The position numbers and the translations under genes are program-made. Below the pieces are notes generated by a model that saw only the letters and a program-made list of their open reading frames with translations, was not told the origin of the DNA and ran no database searches. A stretch of DNA of 64,000 nt from Escherichia phage CL1: the sequence record OK040806. One strand, given 5' to 3'. This document shows positions 17,828 through 27,036 of this stretch, in pieces; the first letter of the stretch is position 1, and each line of letters opens with the position of its first letter.

Positions 17828-20194
17828 ATGCGCATGGTAAACGACCACGCAGAAGTGATTAAGAGTTCAACTTCTTTAGAGACGTCTCAAGCACAGATTA
17901 CAATGACACCTGAAATGTTCAGCCTTTTGAGTTCTGGTGTATACACCTTTAAAGAAAGGGCAGTGATTCGTGAGCTGTCATGTAACGCAGTAGATGCTCA
18001 GAAAGAAGCTGGAAAAGAGAACATCCCGTTCCATGTGCATTTGCCTACTCGTTTTGAGCCTTACTTTGAAGTTCGTGATTTTGGAACTGGATTAACTCAT
18101 GATAAAGTTATGAGTTTGTACCTAAACTACGGGGCTTCTACGAAGAATGACTCTAATGACTACATTGGTGCAATGGGTATCGGCTCGAAATCCCCATTTG
18201 CAATTGCTCAGTCATTCACAGTGTCCAGTTATGTTGATGGTGTTGTTAATAAGTACTCTGTTTATCTTGAGAATGGTATCCCTCAAGTGACTAAACTTAC
18301 TACTAACCCAACAAAAGAGCCAAATGGCTTAGCTGTACGTGTAGCAGTTGCTGACCATCGTATCTCAAAGTTCTTTGAAGAAGCTGGTCACGTATACTCA
18401 TACTTTGCTGTAAAACCGGAAAGTAATATCGAGTATGACGATGTACTAGCAGATATGAACGTCATTGCCCGTGAAGAAGGTGTTTACGATGCTATGATTC
18501 ATAAGCAAAGCTGGCGTTCTGGTGCTAATAGGACAGAGTTTAATGTGGTGATGGGTAACATTGCATACCCTGTTAATATGGAAGCATTACTTGGTGATGA
18601 TTTCTTCAAAGTCTTGCCAGAATTTTTCCGTAGGAGCGTAGACCTTGTAAACATCTACATGCCTATTGGTTCAGTTGCTATTGCAGCTTCTCGTGAAGCA
18701 TTGCAGATGAATGACACGACAAAAAATGTTATCATTGAGGCTACTAAAAAGATAACCGAAGCAATTACAAAGGATGTTATCAAGAAAGTTAATAACCAAC
18801 CTACACTCATGGATGCTGCACAGGCTTATGCTGAGTTACGTTTGAACTCACGAGAGATGTTTAATGCTGTGTGTCCAAAGCTAGAGTGGGGTGGTGTTAA
18901 GCTTGATTCTCTGGAAGAAGAATTACTAAACATTCGTCGTGGAATTATCTACGCAGAAGACGGCTCAGTCATTTATGAACGTGACGGTAAAGGTAATATT
19001 AAGGTTGATAGGAACGGGAACAATATCCCTAAAGTAGATTATCTTTATGACCCAGTTGCTTATGTCAAGTTCAACTCTTTAGAGAGTAAGATTCGTGCAA
19101 CATCGCTTTCCTACACTCAAGAGGCAAGTATGTTCAATATCTTTGGCGCAATGCGTAAAAGCCAAATTGAACAGTTTTTGTTTGTTATCAATGACCGTCG
19201 CAATAAAAATGGTACTGAGAAGACTGTAGGACGCAATCAAATCTTGCGTGGTGCATGTCGAGACTATGCCAGTGAGTCAAATCTGTTTCACAGATACAAC
19301 GGTATTGTCTTTGTATTCTCTACTGAGAAAGAGTTAGACGACTTAATCAATCTGCACAAACTTGATAAAAGCTTGTTAAAGATTGTGAAGATGTCTGATA
19401 AGGAACACCATTATCAGCGTAAAGAAGCTGTAAGAGGTGTTGTAAAACTCTGGAAAGCTGTTCCAGCAGAAGGTGTAGCTTCATACACAGAGGTGTCAGA
19501 AGACTTAGACACAATTGAAGAGCCTCAACTTTATATCAAGGCAGTAGGTGATACTGTTGATGGTGAATGTTTTTGCTCATCTCCAGATGATGTAGCTAAG
19601 TCAGTTGCCAATGTCATTGGAAAGACAGTCTATGTTTTCCGAAAAGCAAATTGGAAAAAGATACCAGAAGACTGGATTGAAGTAGATGAGAAGCTCTTGA
19701 ACGACAGCTTAACTGATGTTCACTGGATTAACCATAACAGATATATGACACGTATCTACATGAATGGTGTCCTTGACCTCACAAGCAGTTGGATTATTGC
19801 CAGAAACTTTACGTTCAATAACAAGAAGATTTCTCGTGGCTATTGCTATTCACGAGACACAAACAAAACTATCTTCTTAGAAGGTAATGAAGATGCTGTT
19901 GAGGCAATGTTTGGTAAAATCCAATACGTTGCTGCACCGTTTGCATACACTTACACTATTAGCGTGTTGCAAGATTTGAAAAGTTGTCTTGATAATGATA
20001 CAAAGCTTTACAAGAAAATTAAGAAAGCTGGTGACCGCATGGTCATTAAGGTGACAAACTACCTTTCAAAAAGAAAACAAGAAAACTTCTTGCTTTCTCA
20101 TTTAGATTGGAATAAAGTGTCACCCATCGAAGTGAGTAAGTTCTTAGGCTTTGATGTGAAGTGTGTTCCAGAAGGGACTACAATTTACGATTAA
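17828..20194 (+). CDS. rIIA: rIIA-like protein (GHKL ATPase fold)
   Basis: GHKL motifs IRELSCNAVDAQ, VRDFGTGL, GAMGIGSKSPFA; order and motifs match T4 rIIA as recalled. Confidence 0.85.
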   Translation: MRMVNDHAEVIKSSTSLETSQAQITMTPEMFSLLSSGVYTFKERAVIRELSCNAVDAQKEAGKENIPFHVHLPTRFEPYFEVRDFGTGLTHDKVMSLYLNYGASTKNDSNDYIGAMGIGSKSPFAIAQSFTVSSYVDGVVNKYSVYLENGIPQVTKLTTNPTKEPNGLAVRVAVADHRISKFFEEAGHVYSYFAVKPESNIEYDDVLADMNVIAREEGVYDAMIHKQSWRSGANRTEFNVVMGNIAYPVNMEALLGDDFFKVLPEFFRRSVDLVNIYMPIGSVAIAASREALQMNDTTKNVIIEATKKITEAITKDVIKKVNNQPTLMDAAQAYAELRLNSREMFNAVCPKLEWGGVKLDSLEEELLNIRRGIIYAEDGSVIYERDGKGNIKVDRNGNNIPKVDYLYDPVAYVKFNSLESKIRATSLSYTQEASMFNIFGAMRKSQIEQFLFVINDRRNKNGTEKTVGRNQILRGACRDYASESNLFHRYNGIVFVFSTEKELDDLINLHKLDKSLLKIVKMSDKEHHYQRKEAVRGVVKLWKAVPAEGVASYTEVSEDLDTIEEPQLYIKAVGDTVDGECFCSSPDDVAKSVANVIGKTVYVFRKANWKKIPEDWIEVDEKLLNDSLTDVHWINHNRYMTRIYMNGVLDLTSSWIIARNFTFNNKKISRGYCYSRDTNKTIFLEGNEDAVEAMFGKIQYVAAPFAYTYTISVLQDLKSCLDNDTKLYKKIKKAGDRMVIKVTNYLSKRKQENFLLSHLDWNKVSPIEVSKFLGFDVKCVPEGTTIYD

Positions 20195-20199
20195 AGTGT

Positions 20200-20229
20200 T
20201 TGACAAGGGGCTTCAAAGCCCCTTAGAAT
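20200..20229 (+). promoter_or_regulatory. sigma70-like promoter (TTGACA-N18-TAGAAT) with hairpin in spacer
   Basis: TTGACA 20200-20205, TAGAAT 20224-20229; spacer contains GGGGCTTCAAAGCCCC. Confidence 0.45.
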
Positions 20230-20273
20230 AGCCTTACAAAATGATTTATTAACTAACAAGAGAGAGTAATAAG

Positions 20274-21383
20274 ATGACTACTAAAACTAAAGCACAGATT
20301 GACGCAGAAATTTACGAACTGGTTAAAGAAGGTAAGCTGACTAAAACAGCTATTGCACAGAAGTTCAATACTTCAACCCGTTCAGTTGGTCGTGCTGTAG
20401 AGCGTCATGAAGCAACCTTAAAAGGTAAGAAGAAGGCGACTTCTACACCAGCTAAAAAGACCCTAAAGCAAGTTGCTAAGTCAGTTAAAAAGAAAGCTGA
20501 CAAACCAGTTGAAAAGGCCGTTAAAGACGCTGTACAGAAAGCTCCAGTAAATAAACTGCATGAAGCTATGCAGAAAGATGACAAGATTGAGTACATGATT
20601 ACTGGTGACTCTGTAATTATGACTTACGGTTCAGAATCTGAAATTGTTGAGTCTACTCATCCGAACTATCAAGAGATTGTAGTTCATGTTGTGAAAGGTG
20701 AGTTCAAGAAAGCATTTGAACTGATGAACATTCGTAAGTCTATCGAAAACTTCACTCAGGGTGCTATCACAATCAAAGGTGACAAGCTCTTCTACGGTGC
20801 TGTTGAGATGCGTTCTACTCTGGTTGACCGTATTCTTCATATGATGAAAACTGGTGATAAAGGTTTTGAACGACTTGTAATGTTCTTCGAAAAACTGATG
20901 GAAAACCCATCTAAAGATTCTGTAGAACAACTTTGGGGATTTGTATCACACCTTGATGTTGAAATTGATGAAGAAGGCTACATCATTGGTTGGAAGAAAG
21001 TCTCTACTCGTGAAGGCAAGCTGGTTGACTCTCACACCTACAAAGTGCCTAATGATTTGGGTAACATTGTAGAGATGCCACGTTGGATGGTTGATAACAA
21101 CCGTAACGTAACTTGCTCTCAAGGTCTTCATGTTGGTGCTTGGGATTATGTTCGTTGCTTCTCAGGTGATACCATCCTGAAGGTTCGTGTCCATCCACGA
21201 GATGTTGTATCTGTTCCGACTGATTACAACGATATGAAGATGCGCTCCTCTCGTTATGAAGTTGCAGCAATCGTTGATAATCAACGTAAAGTGCTGAAAG
21301 CATGGGATGGTAAGACTGAAGCTTTGCATGTCATTGTTGGCACTGCTGGTGAACTCATCTCTCAACGTAAACGTGAAATCTAA
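20274..21383 (+). CDS. rIIB: rIIB-like protein
   Basis: C-terminal KVRVHPRDVVSVPTDYNDMKMR and SQGLHVGAWDY match rIIB as recalled; directly downstream of rIIA. Confidence 0.85.
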   Translation: MTTKTKAQIDAEIYELVKEGKLTKTAIAQKFNTSTRSVGRAVERHEATLKGKKKATSTPAKKTLKQVAKSVKKKADKPVEKAVKDAVQKAPVNKLHEAMQKDDKIEYMITGDSVIMTYGSESEIVESTHPNYQEIVVHVVKGEFKKAFELMNIRKSIENFTQGAITIKGDKLFYGAVEMRSTLVDRILHMMKTGDKGFERLVMFFEKLMENPSKDSVEQLWGFVSHLDVEIDEEGYIIGWKKVSTREGKLVDSHTYKVPNDLGNIVEMPRWMVDNNRNVTCSQGLHVGAWDYVRCFSGDTILKVRVHPRDVVSVPTDYNDMKMRSSRYEVAAIVDNQRKVLKAWDGKTEALHVIVGTAGELISQRKREI

Positions 21384-21398
21384 TAAGTAATTTCTTAA

Positions 21399-21425
21399 AA
21401 GGCTGCTTCGGCGGCCTTTTTTTAT
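21399..21425 (+). terminator. intrinsic terminator
   Basis: AGGCTGC-TTCG-GCGGCCT hairpin then TTTTTTT. Confidence 0.6.
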
Positions 21426-21484
21426 TTGTATTTTGTGCAGAGTGCTGTATAATTGTTGTCACGATAAACTAAACAGGAGAACCA

Positions 21485-22033
21485 ATGAAGAAATTGATTC
21501 TAGGCTTGTGCTTAATGTTTACAGCACAATTATCTTATGCAGTTGACTGCCCAGAGCTATCAATTAGCCAAAAAGTTAACATGTTAAAAGCTTACCAGTA
21601 TGGTGAGAATAATATGGGGAAAGGCTGGGGTATTACTCTAGCAGCTATAGCCTTACAAGAGTCAGAGTTAGGTCTGAAGGTAGAGAATAAAAAGACCCAC
21701 GACTATGGTATTTTCCAGAATCACTTGAAGACTGTTGTAAAGCGTAACAAAATTAGTCCTAATGTGGCTAAAAAGAAACTCTTAAAAGATTTTGACTATG
21801 CAGCAAAAGAGACACATAAAGAGCTTGAGTTTTGGACTAAGGTGCATGGCCACCCGAAGTCAAAGAAGACTTTACAAAAAGTTTTAGCATCATATAATGC
21901 TGGGTATTCGTACAAAATCCCTAAAGCTAAGAAATACTCTCAAGACGTCTATAACAATATGAAAGTTATCGCTCAATGTGAATTTGCAACAAACATTTCT
22001 AAGGTAAATCATGAAAAAATTAAGAAAGTCTGA
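21485..22033 (+). CDS. secreted lytic-transglycosylase-like (SLT domain) protein
   Basis: Signal-peptide-like N-terminus MKKLILGLCLMFTAQLSYA; SLT-like motifs QESELG, YGIFQN, SYNAGY. Confidence 0.5.
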   Translation: MKKLILGLCLMFTAQLSYAVDCPELSISQKVNMLKAYQYGENNMGKGWGITLAAIALQESELGLKVENKKTHDYGIFQNHLKTVVKRNKISPNVAKKKLLKDFDYAAKETHKELEFWTKVHGHPKSKKTLQKVLASYNAGYSYKIPKAKKYSQDVYNNMKVIAQCEFATNISKVNHEKIKKV

Positions 22034-22706
22034 TGAAGTACTGTGCCATGCTTACGACTTGCATCCTCATGAGTTAGGTCTTGATTCCTGTGTATGGACT
22101 CCAGAACAGTGCAGAGATTTTGAAGATACTGCAAGAGAAGTTGTATGTTCACTTGAAGAGTTCCACACATCACAACCAATTGTGAACGTTGTGGATAAAG
22201 AGACGGGGCAATCTATAGGTGTAAGACGTGACAGTTTAGTCATAGTCAATAAAGACCTTGTAGAAAAAGGTAACCTCATCTTAGCAGATATTGATGGTGT
22301 TCTTACAAATTTTAATCACGAAGATTGCTCAACGGAATTGACTGATGGGTCATTCTCACAGTACACTAATCTTCTTGACTCTGTAAGAGCAAAACCAACG
22401 TATGTTTTTAGTATTATTGATGCAATCGCTAATCATGCTGCCATTGGACTCTTGACAGCAAGAGGTGAATCTCAGAGAATACCTACTGAGATGTTTTTAA
22501 GGCATAACATAGAGCATGATTACATGCTTTTTATGCGTGGTTTTGGAACTAACTCTATAAGTGCAGAAAGTTTGAAAGTCAGGATGATTCAGTCTTGCAT
22601 TCTACCTTACTTTAATATAGTATGCTTTATAGAAGATACAGAGAAGAATGTTCAGAAGGTAAACAGAGTCCTTCCACACATTAAAACCATGTTAGTTAAA
22701 CATTGA
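22011..22706 (+). CDS. hypothetical protein, possible HAD-like hydrolase
   Basis: LILADIDGVLTNF resembles HAD motif I (DxDG); weak. Confidence 0.35.
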   Translation: MKKLRKSDEVLCHAYDLHPHELGLDSCVWTPEQCRDFEDTAREVVCSLEEFHTSQPIVNVVDKETGQSIGVRRDSLVIVNKDLVEKGNLILADIDGVLTNFNHEDCSTELTDGSFSQYTNLLDSVRAKPTYVFSIIDAIANHAAIGLLTARGESQRIPTEMFLRHNIEHDYMLFMRGFGTNSISAESLKVRMIQSCILPYFNIVCFIEDTEKNVQKVNRVLPHIKTMLVKH

Positions 22707-22717
22707 GAGAAAAACTT

Positions 22718-23182
22718 ATGAACAATATCATTACGGTAGCACTGGACGATACGGCAAACAAATCTGAAGTAGTTCGTAAAATGATTCAAGGTAACTTTGA
22801 AGGTAAAATTTTCCGTGCTGTTAATGTAAAAGCTGATGGCAGCATTCGTGAATATCGTGCATTGTTGAATGTTAAAAAGCACGTGAAAGGTGCTGGTTCA
22901 ACAACTGCACACAAAGAAAACCTGATGACTATCTATGATATGGGTAAGGCTTCAGAGTTAGGTGCTGAAGGTATCGTTAAAGAAGGTGCTCCGTATCGCT
23001 CTTTCAATCTGGAAACTACTCTTATGCTTTCCTTTACAAGTGGTTCTAAAACAATCACTTACCTCTTTACTGATGCTGCAACGGTATCTGCTATTAAGGA
23101 TAGCACTGTCAAAGCTGGCGTAGTTGCTGCTGCAAAAGCTTCTTCGATGGCTGCGAATATCCTTGCTAAAGTCCTCGGTTAA
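22718..23182 (+). CDS. hypothetical protein
   Basis: ATG 22718; track start 22703 is TTG. Confidence 0.45.
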   Translation: MNNIITVALDDTANKSEVVRKMIQGNFEGKIFRAVNVKADGSIREYRALLNVKKHVKGAGSTTAHKENLMTIYDMGKASELGAEGIVKEGAPYRSFNLETTLMLSFTSGSKTITYLFTDAATVSAIKDSTVKAGVVAAAKASSMAANILAKVLG

Positions 23183-23193
23183 GGTTAAGATAC

Positions 23194-23216
23194 AGGCTCC
23201 TTCGGGAGCCTTTTTC
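23194..23216 (+). terminator. intrinsic terminator
   Basis: GGCTCC-TTCG-GGAGCC hairpin then TTTTT. Confidence 0.6.
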
Positions 23217-23234
23217 ATTTCAGGAGATTGTTAA

Positions 23235-23582
23235 ATGACATTTAAAGAGTTCTGTCAAGCTACTTTCATAATTGTTTTCTTAGTTGGGGCAGGTGTCTGG
23301 GGAGGATACTCTTACAGAGACTACCAAGTTGCTGAAGCTGAGCTAAATAATGAGAAACTAATAAGTGTTGCCAAAGATGCTTATCAGGAAGGTTTAGCCA
23401 CACTCAGCACCAATTACAAAAATGATTTGAAAGATGTGCTTGCTAAGAATAAGCATACAAAAGAGGTACTAACATATGAAAAAACTAAGCCAGAGTTTTA
23501 TAATGTTTGTGTTACTGATAACTATGTCAGGGTGTTCAACGAACAAAGTGAACAGTACATTCAAAAACTCCCAAGTAAGTGA
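23235..23582 (+). CDS. membrane protein with N-terminal TM helix (i-spanin-like)
   Basis: TM segment ATFIIVFLVGAGVWGG followed by charged helical region. Confidence 0.35.
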   Translation: MTFKEFCQATFIIVFLVGAGVWGGYSYRDYQVAEAELNNEKLISVAKDAYQEGLATLSTNYKNDLKDVLAKNKHTKEVLTYEKTKPEFYNVCVTDNYVRVFNEQSEQYIQKLPSK

Positions 23583-23745
23583 GAGTGATAAGTACACACA
23601 AGAAGAATCAAGATTCACCGTCAAAGGTAATACTGGTAGTGATGTGGCAGCAGCCCTTGAGTTTTATCGTGATGGTTTTTATCAGTGCACAATAAAAGCT
23701 AATAACCTTATTGACATGATTTTATTAGGGAATAAACAGCAATGA
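23476..23745 (+). CDS. putative lipoprotein overlapping previous gene out of frame (o-spanin-like)
   Basis: Signal peptide with lipobox-like LLITMSGC; gene starts inside 23235-23582 in another frame. Confidence 0.35.
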   Translation: MKKLSQSFIMFVLLITMSGCSTNKVNSTFKNSQVSESDKYTQEESRFTVKGNTGSDVAAALEFYRDGFYQCTIKANNLIDMILLGNKQQ

Positions 23746-24011
23746 CAGAGAATGAAGATACTTTCTATGTAGAAGGGTACTTACTGCTACCACGACCAAA
23801 AGAAACTTATGTGCGGGTTGATTTCTCACCAACCATTATGGATAACGTGATGTGTCATATCTTTATGCAAGGTGTCACAGCACAGCTTAAGCATGTTGGA
23901 AAAGAGTGCAAAATAAAGGTTGACACTCATCCAGAAATCAAAGAGAATCACTACACATGGTTCTTACCAGACTCTAAAGAAATCTTAGCAGTTCTTAAAA
24001 CGAGGAAATGA
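23742..24011 (+). CDS. hypothetical protein
   Basis: 89 aa; start overlaps upstream stop. Confidence 0.45.
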   Translation: MTENEDTFYVEGYLLLPRPKETYVRVDFSPTIMDNVMCHIFMQGVTAQLKHVGKECKIKVDTHPEIKENHYTWFLPDSKEILAVLKTRK

Positions 24012-24319
24012 TTATGCAATTCCAGCCAACCAATCGTGGATTTTCTTATGCAGAATTTAAAGATGCTAAAGGGGAAATTTGTACTTTACAGGAGAGTTCA
24101 TCATATGAACCATGTATTTGGTTAGGTGCTAAAGAGGTCTCTGTTCAGTACCTAGATGGTGGCTGGAAAACACTTGATATCCCATCATTAGTAGGCAAAG
24201 ATTTTGTAGGTAACCAAAGAATGAAACTCAACCAAGAACAGGTGAAAGAGTTATTGCCGTACCTTCAGTACTTTGCTGAAAATGGTGAATTACCAACAGA
24301 GGAACTTACAAATGGGTGA
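24008..24319 (+). CDS. hypothetical protein
   Basis: 103 aa; ATGA overlap with upstream gene. Confidence 0.45.
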   Translation: MIMQFQPTNRGFSYAEFKDAKGEICTLQESSSYEPCIWLGAKEVSVQYLDGGWKTLDIPSLVGKDFVGNQRMKLNQEQVKELLPYLQYFAENGELPTEELTNG

Positions 24320-24716
24320 CTGTGCAGATGATGCAGACCGTTGGGCTGAACTTCAAGACTTAAGAGCAGAGTTTAGAGACCTCTTAGTGAGGTCTTCTAA
24401 AACAAATGTAGAGTACACACAAAAGGATTTTCCAAAGGTTCCTTTATATGTTATACACCAAAATAATCTAATGAACTCTGGATTAAGTTTGCAACAAAGG
24501 ATGGAAATTTGCCTAGCAAGGTATTACATTAATGTTGACGCCAAAGTTGGTGAATTGATTAAGTGTCCGTGCTGTAATCTTGAATTTAAGAAGAAGTCAT
24601 ACCAACAAAAGTTTTGTGGAGTTAAAAAGAGAGGTCGCTCTAACTGTAAAGACTTCTTCTTTAATTTCACTGACTTAAAAAGAAATAACAGAGCTAAGTT
24701 CTTTATTGTGGGGTGA
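24312..24716 (+). CDS. hypothetical Cys-rich protein
   Basis: ATG 24312 after GAGGA; contains CPCCN..C cluster; track start 24273 is TTG. Confidence 0.4.
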   Translation: MGDCADDADRWAELQDLRAEFRDLLVRSSKTNVEYTQKDFPKVPLYVIHQNNLMNSGLSLQQRMEICLARYYINVDAKVGELIKCPCCNLEFKKKSYQQKFCGVKKRGRSNCKDFFFNFTDLKRNNRAKFFIVG

Positions 24717-24718
24717 TT

Positions 24719-25045
24719 ATGGAAGTGAACGGTAAAACCATTGTAGCTGTCATCCAAGATAGTGAAAAAGATATTGGTGTAGCACAAGTCACATATGGTA
24801 ACGGCAAGTTCCTATATGGTGTTGTGGCAATGGTAGGAACAAGAAGTGATACAAAAACTTTTAAAGATTGTGTTGACCTTCTTGAAGAATCCATCCACAA
24901 TCATTGGTGTCTGATATGGATGACTGACAACGAAGTGATAGAACGCTTCAAAAAGATTGATATCAACATTGATAGTATTGAGCATGTTGATTTATATGAG
25001 CTAACTGAGAAGGTAAACTATGAAAGTAATACTAGCCAGAGATAA
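24719..25045 (+). CDS. hypothetical protein
   Basis: ATG 24719; track start 24713 is GTG. Confidence 0.45.
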   Translation: MEVNGKTIVAVIQDSEKDIGVAQVTYGNGKFLYGVVAMVGTRSDTKTFKDCVDLLEESIHNHWCLIWMTDNEVIERFKKIDINIDSIEHVDLYELTEKVNYESNTSQR

Positions 25046-25253
25046 AAAGACCCGCAAGATTGTACGTTCAGCAGTATTCATAGGGAGAGATGAAGTCGTT
25101 CCGTTTGCAGGGGAAGATGTGTTAACTTATAAGAAAGGTTTAAAACGTAAATTCAGTGACCGTTTACGTGGCTTCATATCTGAACCATTAGAAGATTTTA
25201 AAAGTCGCTGTGGTAAAGGCATCATCACTCAAGAGGCAATTATTCATGGCTGA
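25020..25253 (+). CDS. hypothetical protein
   Basis: 77 aa ORF with ATG start. Confidence 0.4.
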   Translation: MKVILARDKKTRKIVRSAVFIGRDEVVPFAGEDVLTYKKGLKRKFSDRLRGFISEPLEDFKSRCGKGIITQEAIIHG

Positions 25254-25446
25254 TTTCTGCAAAGATTGTGCTATCGAAATGTTCGGACGTGATACAGGTG
25301 ACTTAAAAGGTCTTATCACTGAAGATGACTTTAAAGCTGGCTATGCAATGCCAGTAATCTGTGAAGGTTGTGGATGTATCTGGGTAGACCACGAAGGGCA
25401 ACGTGTAAAACCTTCAGAAGATAAAGAATCTTGGGAGAGATGTTAA
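25246..25446 (+). CDS. small zinc-ribbon-like protein
   Basis: CKDC ... CEGCGC four-Cys pattern; ATG 25246 overlapping upstream stop. Confidence 0.4.
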   Translation: MADFCKDCAIEMFGRDTGDLKGLITEDDFKAGYAMPVICEGCGCIWVDHEGQRVKPSEDKESWERC

Positions 25447-26232
25447 ATGGGTATTGTGAAAATCATCAATGGTGATATCTTTGCAGCATTTGATAAAGGT
25501 AAGTTTGATGTCATCGGTCACGGTTGCAACTGTATGAACTTAATGGGTGCAGGTATCGCTGACAAGATTTCTAAACTTTACCCAAAAGCATATGAGACTG
25601 ATACAGAAGTTTATCTGTATGCAGGTGGCATAGGCCACAAGCCCTGTGAGAATTTACTAGGCAATTTCTCTGTAGCACGTTTAAAACAAGGTCGTATAGC
25701 TAACCTTTACACTCAGCTTAAGACTGGTAAAGATGCCCGATACAGTGCTTTAGAGTCATCTTTGAAACAACTTAACAGATACTGTGAAGTAAATCAGTTG
25801 AAGAAAGTTGGCTTGCCTATGATTGGTGCAGGTATCGGTGGGCTAGACCCTCAAGCCGTCACAGTTATCATTAATCAGGTGATGAAGAGTGTAGATGTGT
25901 ATCTGTATGTCTACGAGACAAAGATGTACAACGAGTTACACTCAGGTTGGAAGAACTACTGCGAACCAGAATACTTTGCAGGTGTAGTAACGTTCACAGA
26001 CAATACAGTTACCCTCTTCAGACGAAGAAAAGGTAAGATACATCAAAGTAACCCTCCGGTTGAGAAGATGTCTCTAAGTAACGCTCTAGTTACCCACCTG
26101 TCGAAGAGCAATCACAGGATAGCTGTAACATTTGGTAGTGATGCAGATACATATATCTATGCAAGAACTGATGAGGATATCGAGACGGTCTTCTCTTCAC
26201 CAGAAGTTACCTTTTTAGGCGCAAAGAACTAA
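25447..26232 (+). CDS. macro-domain-like protein (putative ADP-ribose binding/hydrolase) with C-terminal extension
   Basis: INGDIF..DVIGHGCNCMNLMGAGIA and VGLPMIGAGIGGLDP resemble the two conserved macro-domain glycine-rich motifs. Confidence 0.45.
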   Translation: MGIVKIINGDIFAAFDKGKFDVIGHGCNCMNLMGAGIADKISKLYPKAYETDTEVYLYAGGIGHKPCENLLGNFSVARLKQGRIANLYTQLKTGKDARYSALESSLKQLNRYCEVNQLKKVGLPMIGAGIGGLDPQAVTVIINQVMKSVDVYLYVYETKMYNELHSGWKNYCEPEYFAGVVTFTDNTVTLFRRRKGKIHQSNPPVEKMSLSNALVTHLSKSNHRIAVTFGSDADTYIYARTDEDIETVFSSPEVTFLGAKN

Positions 26233-26304
26233 GAAAATCTGTATAATATTCACAATAGACTAAGCCTTTCTTATCTGGTAAATTTTTTCAGGTAAGGAGG
26301 GCTT

Positions 26305-26500
26305 TTTTTATTTCAAGATTGTGCAGGTAGAGTTCTGTAGAGAAATCTGTAGAGAGAATTTTGAACTCCAAAGAGAAAATTCATTTTCAAACTGTGCAGG
26401 TAATCTCCAAAGAGCTTTTTCATTTTCAAAACGTGCAGACCCCGCTCAGGTCGGGCAAGAAAAATCATTTTAGAATTGTGCAGGTAGGTGGGTGCAGGTG
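26305..26500. repeat. degenerate direct repeats TTTCAA(A)NTGTGCAGGTA (4 copies) plus tandem duplication of a ~38-bp unit
   Basis: Copies near 26315, 26383, 26423, 26471; unit CTCCAAAGAG..CATTTTCAAA..GTGCAG repeated at 26368-26445; no credible coding frame. Confidence 0.5.
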
Positions 26501-26662
26501 GGAATGTCGCCATTTCTCACAAGGCTACCACATCTGGAAATAAAAGTCAACAGAAAAATTTGTAGCGGATTGAAAAATAATTCTTGATTGTAGTTCTGTT
26601 TTGTGGTAGTCGCGCGCACCCGTTTCATTACAATTTTGCAAAAAATATTTTTAAAATTCCTA

Positions 26663-26691
26663 TTGACTCTTTGAGTATGGTTATCTAATAT
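26663..26691 (+). promoter_or_regulatory. sigma70-like promoter (TTGACT-N17-TAATAT) for the small-ORF array
   Basis: TTGACT 26663-26668, TAATAT 26686-26691, about 50 nt upstream of ATG 26742. Confidence 0.55.
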
Positions 26692-26741
26692 TTGCATCAG
26701 ACGGGCAAGCCAGCCCACTTCCTAAACTGGAGAATCTAAAA

Positions 26742-26948
26742 ATGCTTTACAGTCGCGAATTGATGGTTACAACTAACGTTAACACAGGTGTAAAACGTTT
26801 CTACATGCAAATCTGCGGCGTATGGTCCAGAATATCAGAAGATGACTATTGCAACTATGTAGGAACGGCTATTAATTCTAATTGCTATCTGACAAGAAAC
26901 ACTAAGAAATTTACAAGGCAGACAGCGATTTACTACTACGACAAATAA
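26742..26948 (+). CDS. array ORF 1, hypothetical (68 aa)
   Basis: ATG preceded by conserved CTAAACTGGAGAATCTAAAA. Confidence 0.5.
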   Translation: MLYSRELMVTTNVNTGVKRFYMQICGVWSRISEDDYCNYVGTAINSNCYLTRNTKKFTRQTAIYYYDK

Positions 26949-27036
26949 AGTACTTTACAGGGGGCTTAAAAGCTGATATCTTAAGCCCCAGATAAAGAGC
27001 TTTACTAAATTAACCCTTAAACTAGGAGATTCAAAA
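26949..27036 (+). repeat. type A intergenic cassette (copy 1, variant)
   Basis: GGGGCTTAA..TTAAGCCCC hairpin + AGATAAAGAGCTTTAC + CTAGGAGATTCAAAA leader. Confidence 0.6.

Noticed and set aside
26313-26718. Overlapping ORFs 26313-26513 (-), 26361-26543 (+), 26470-26718 (-)
   Set aside because: They lie in the direct-repeat control region, overlap each other, have no RBS and encode repeat-derived peptides.
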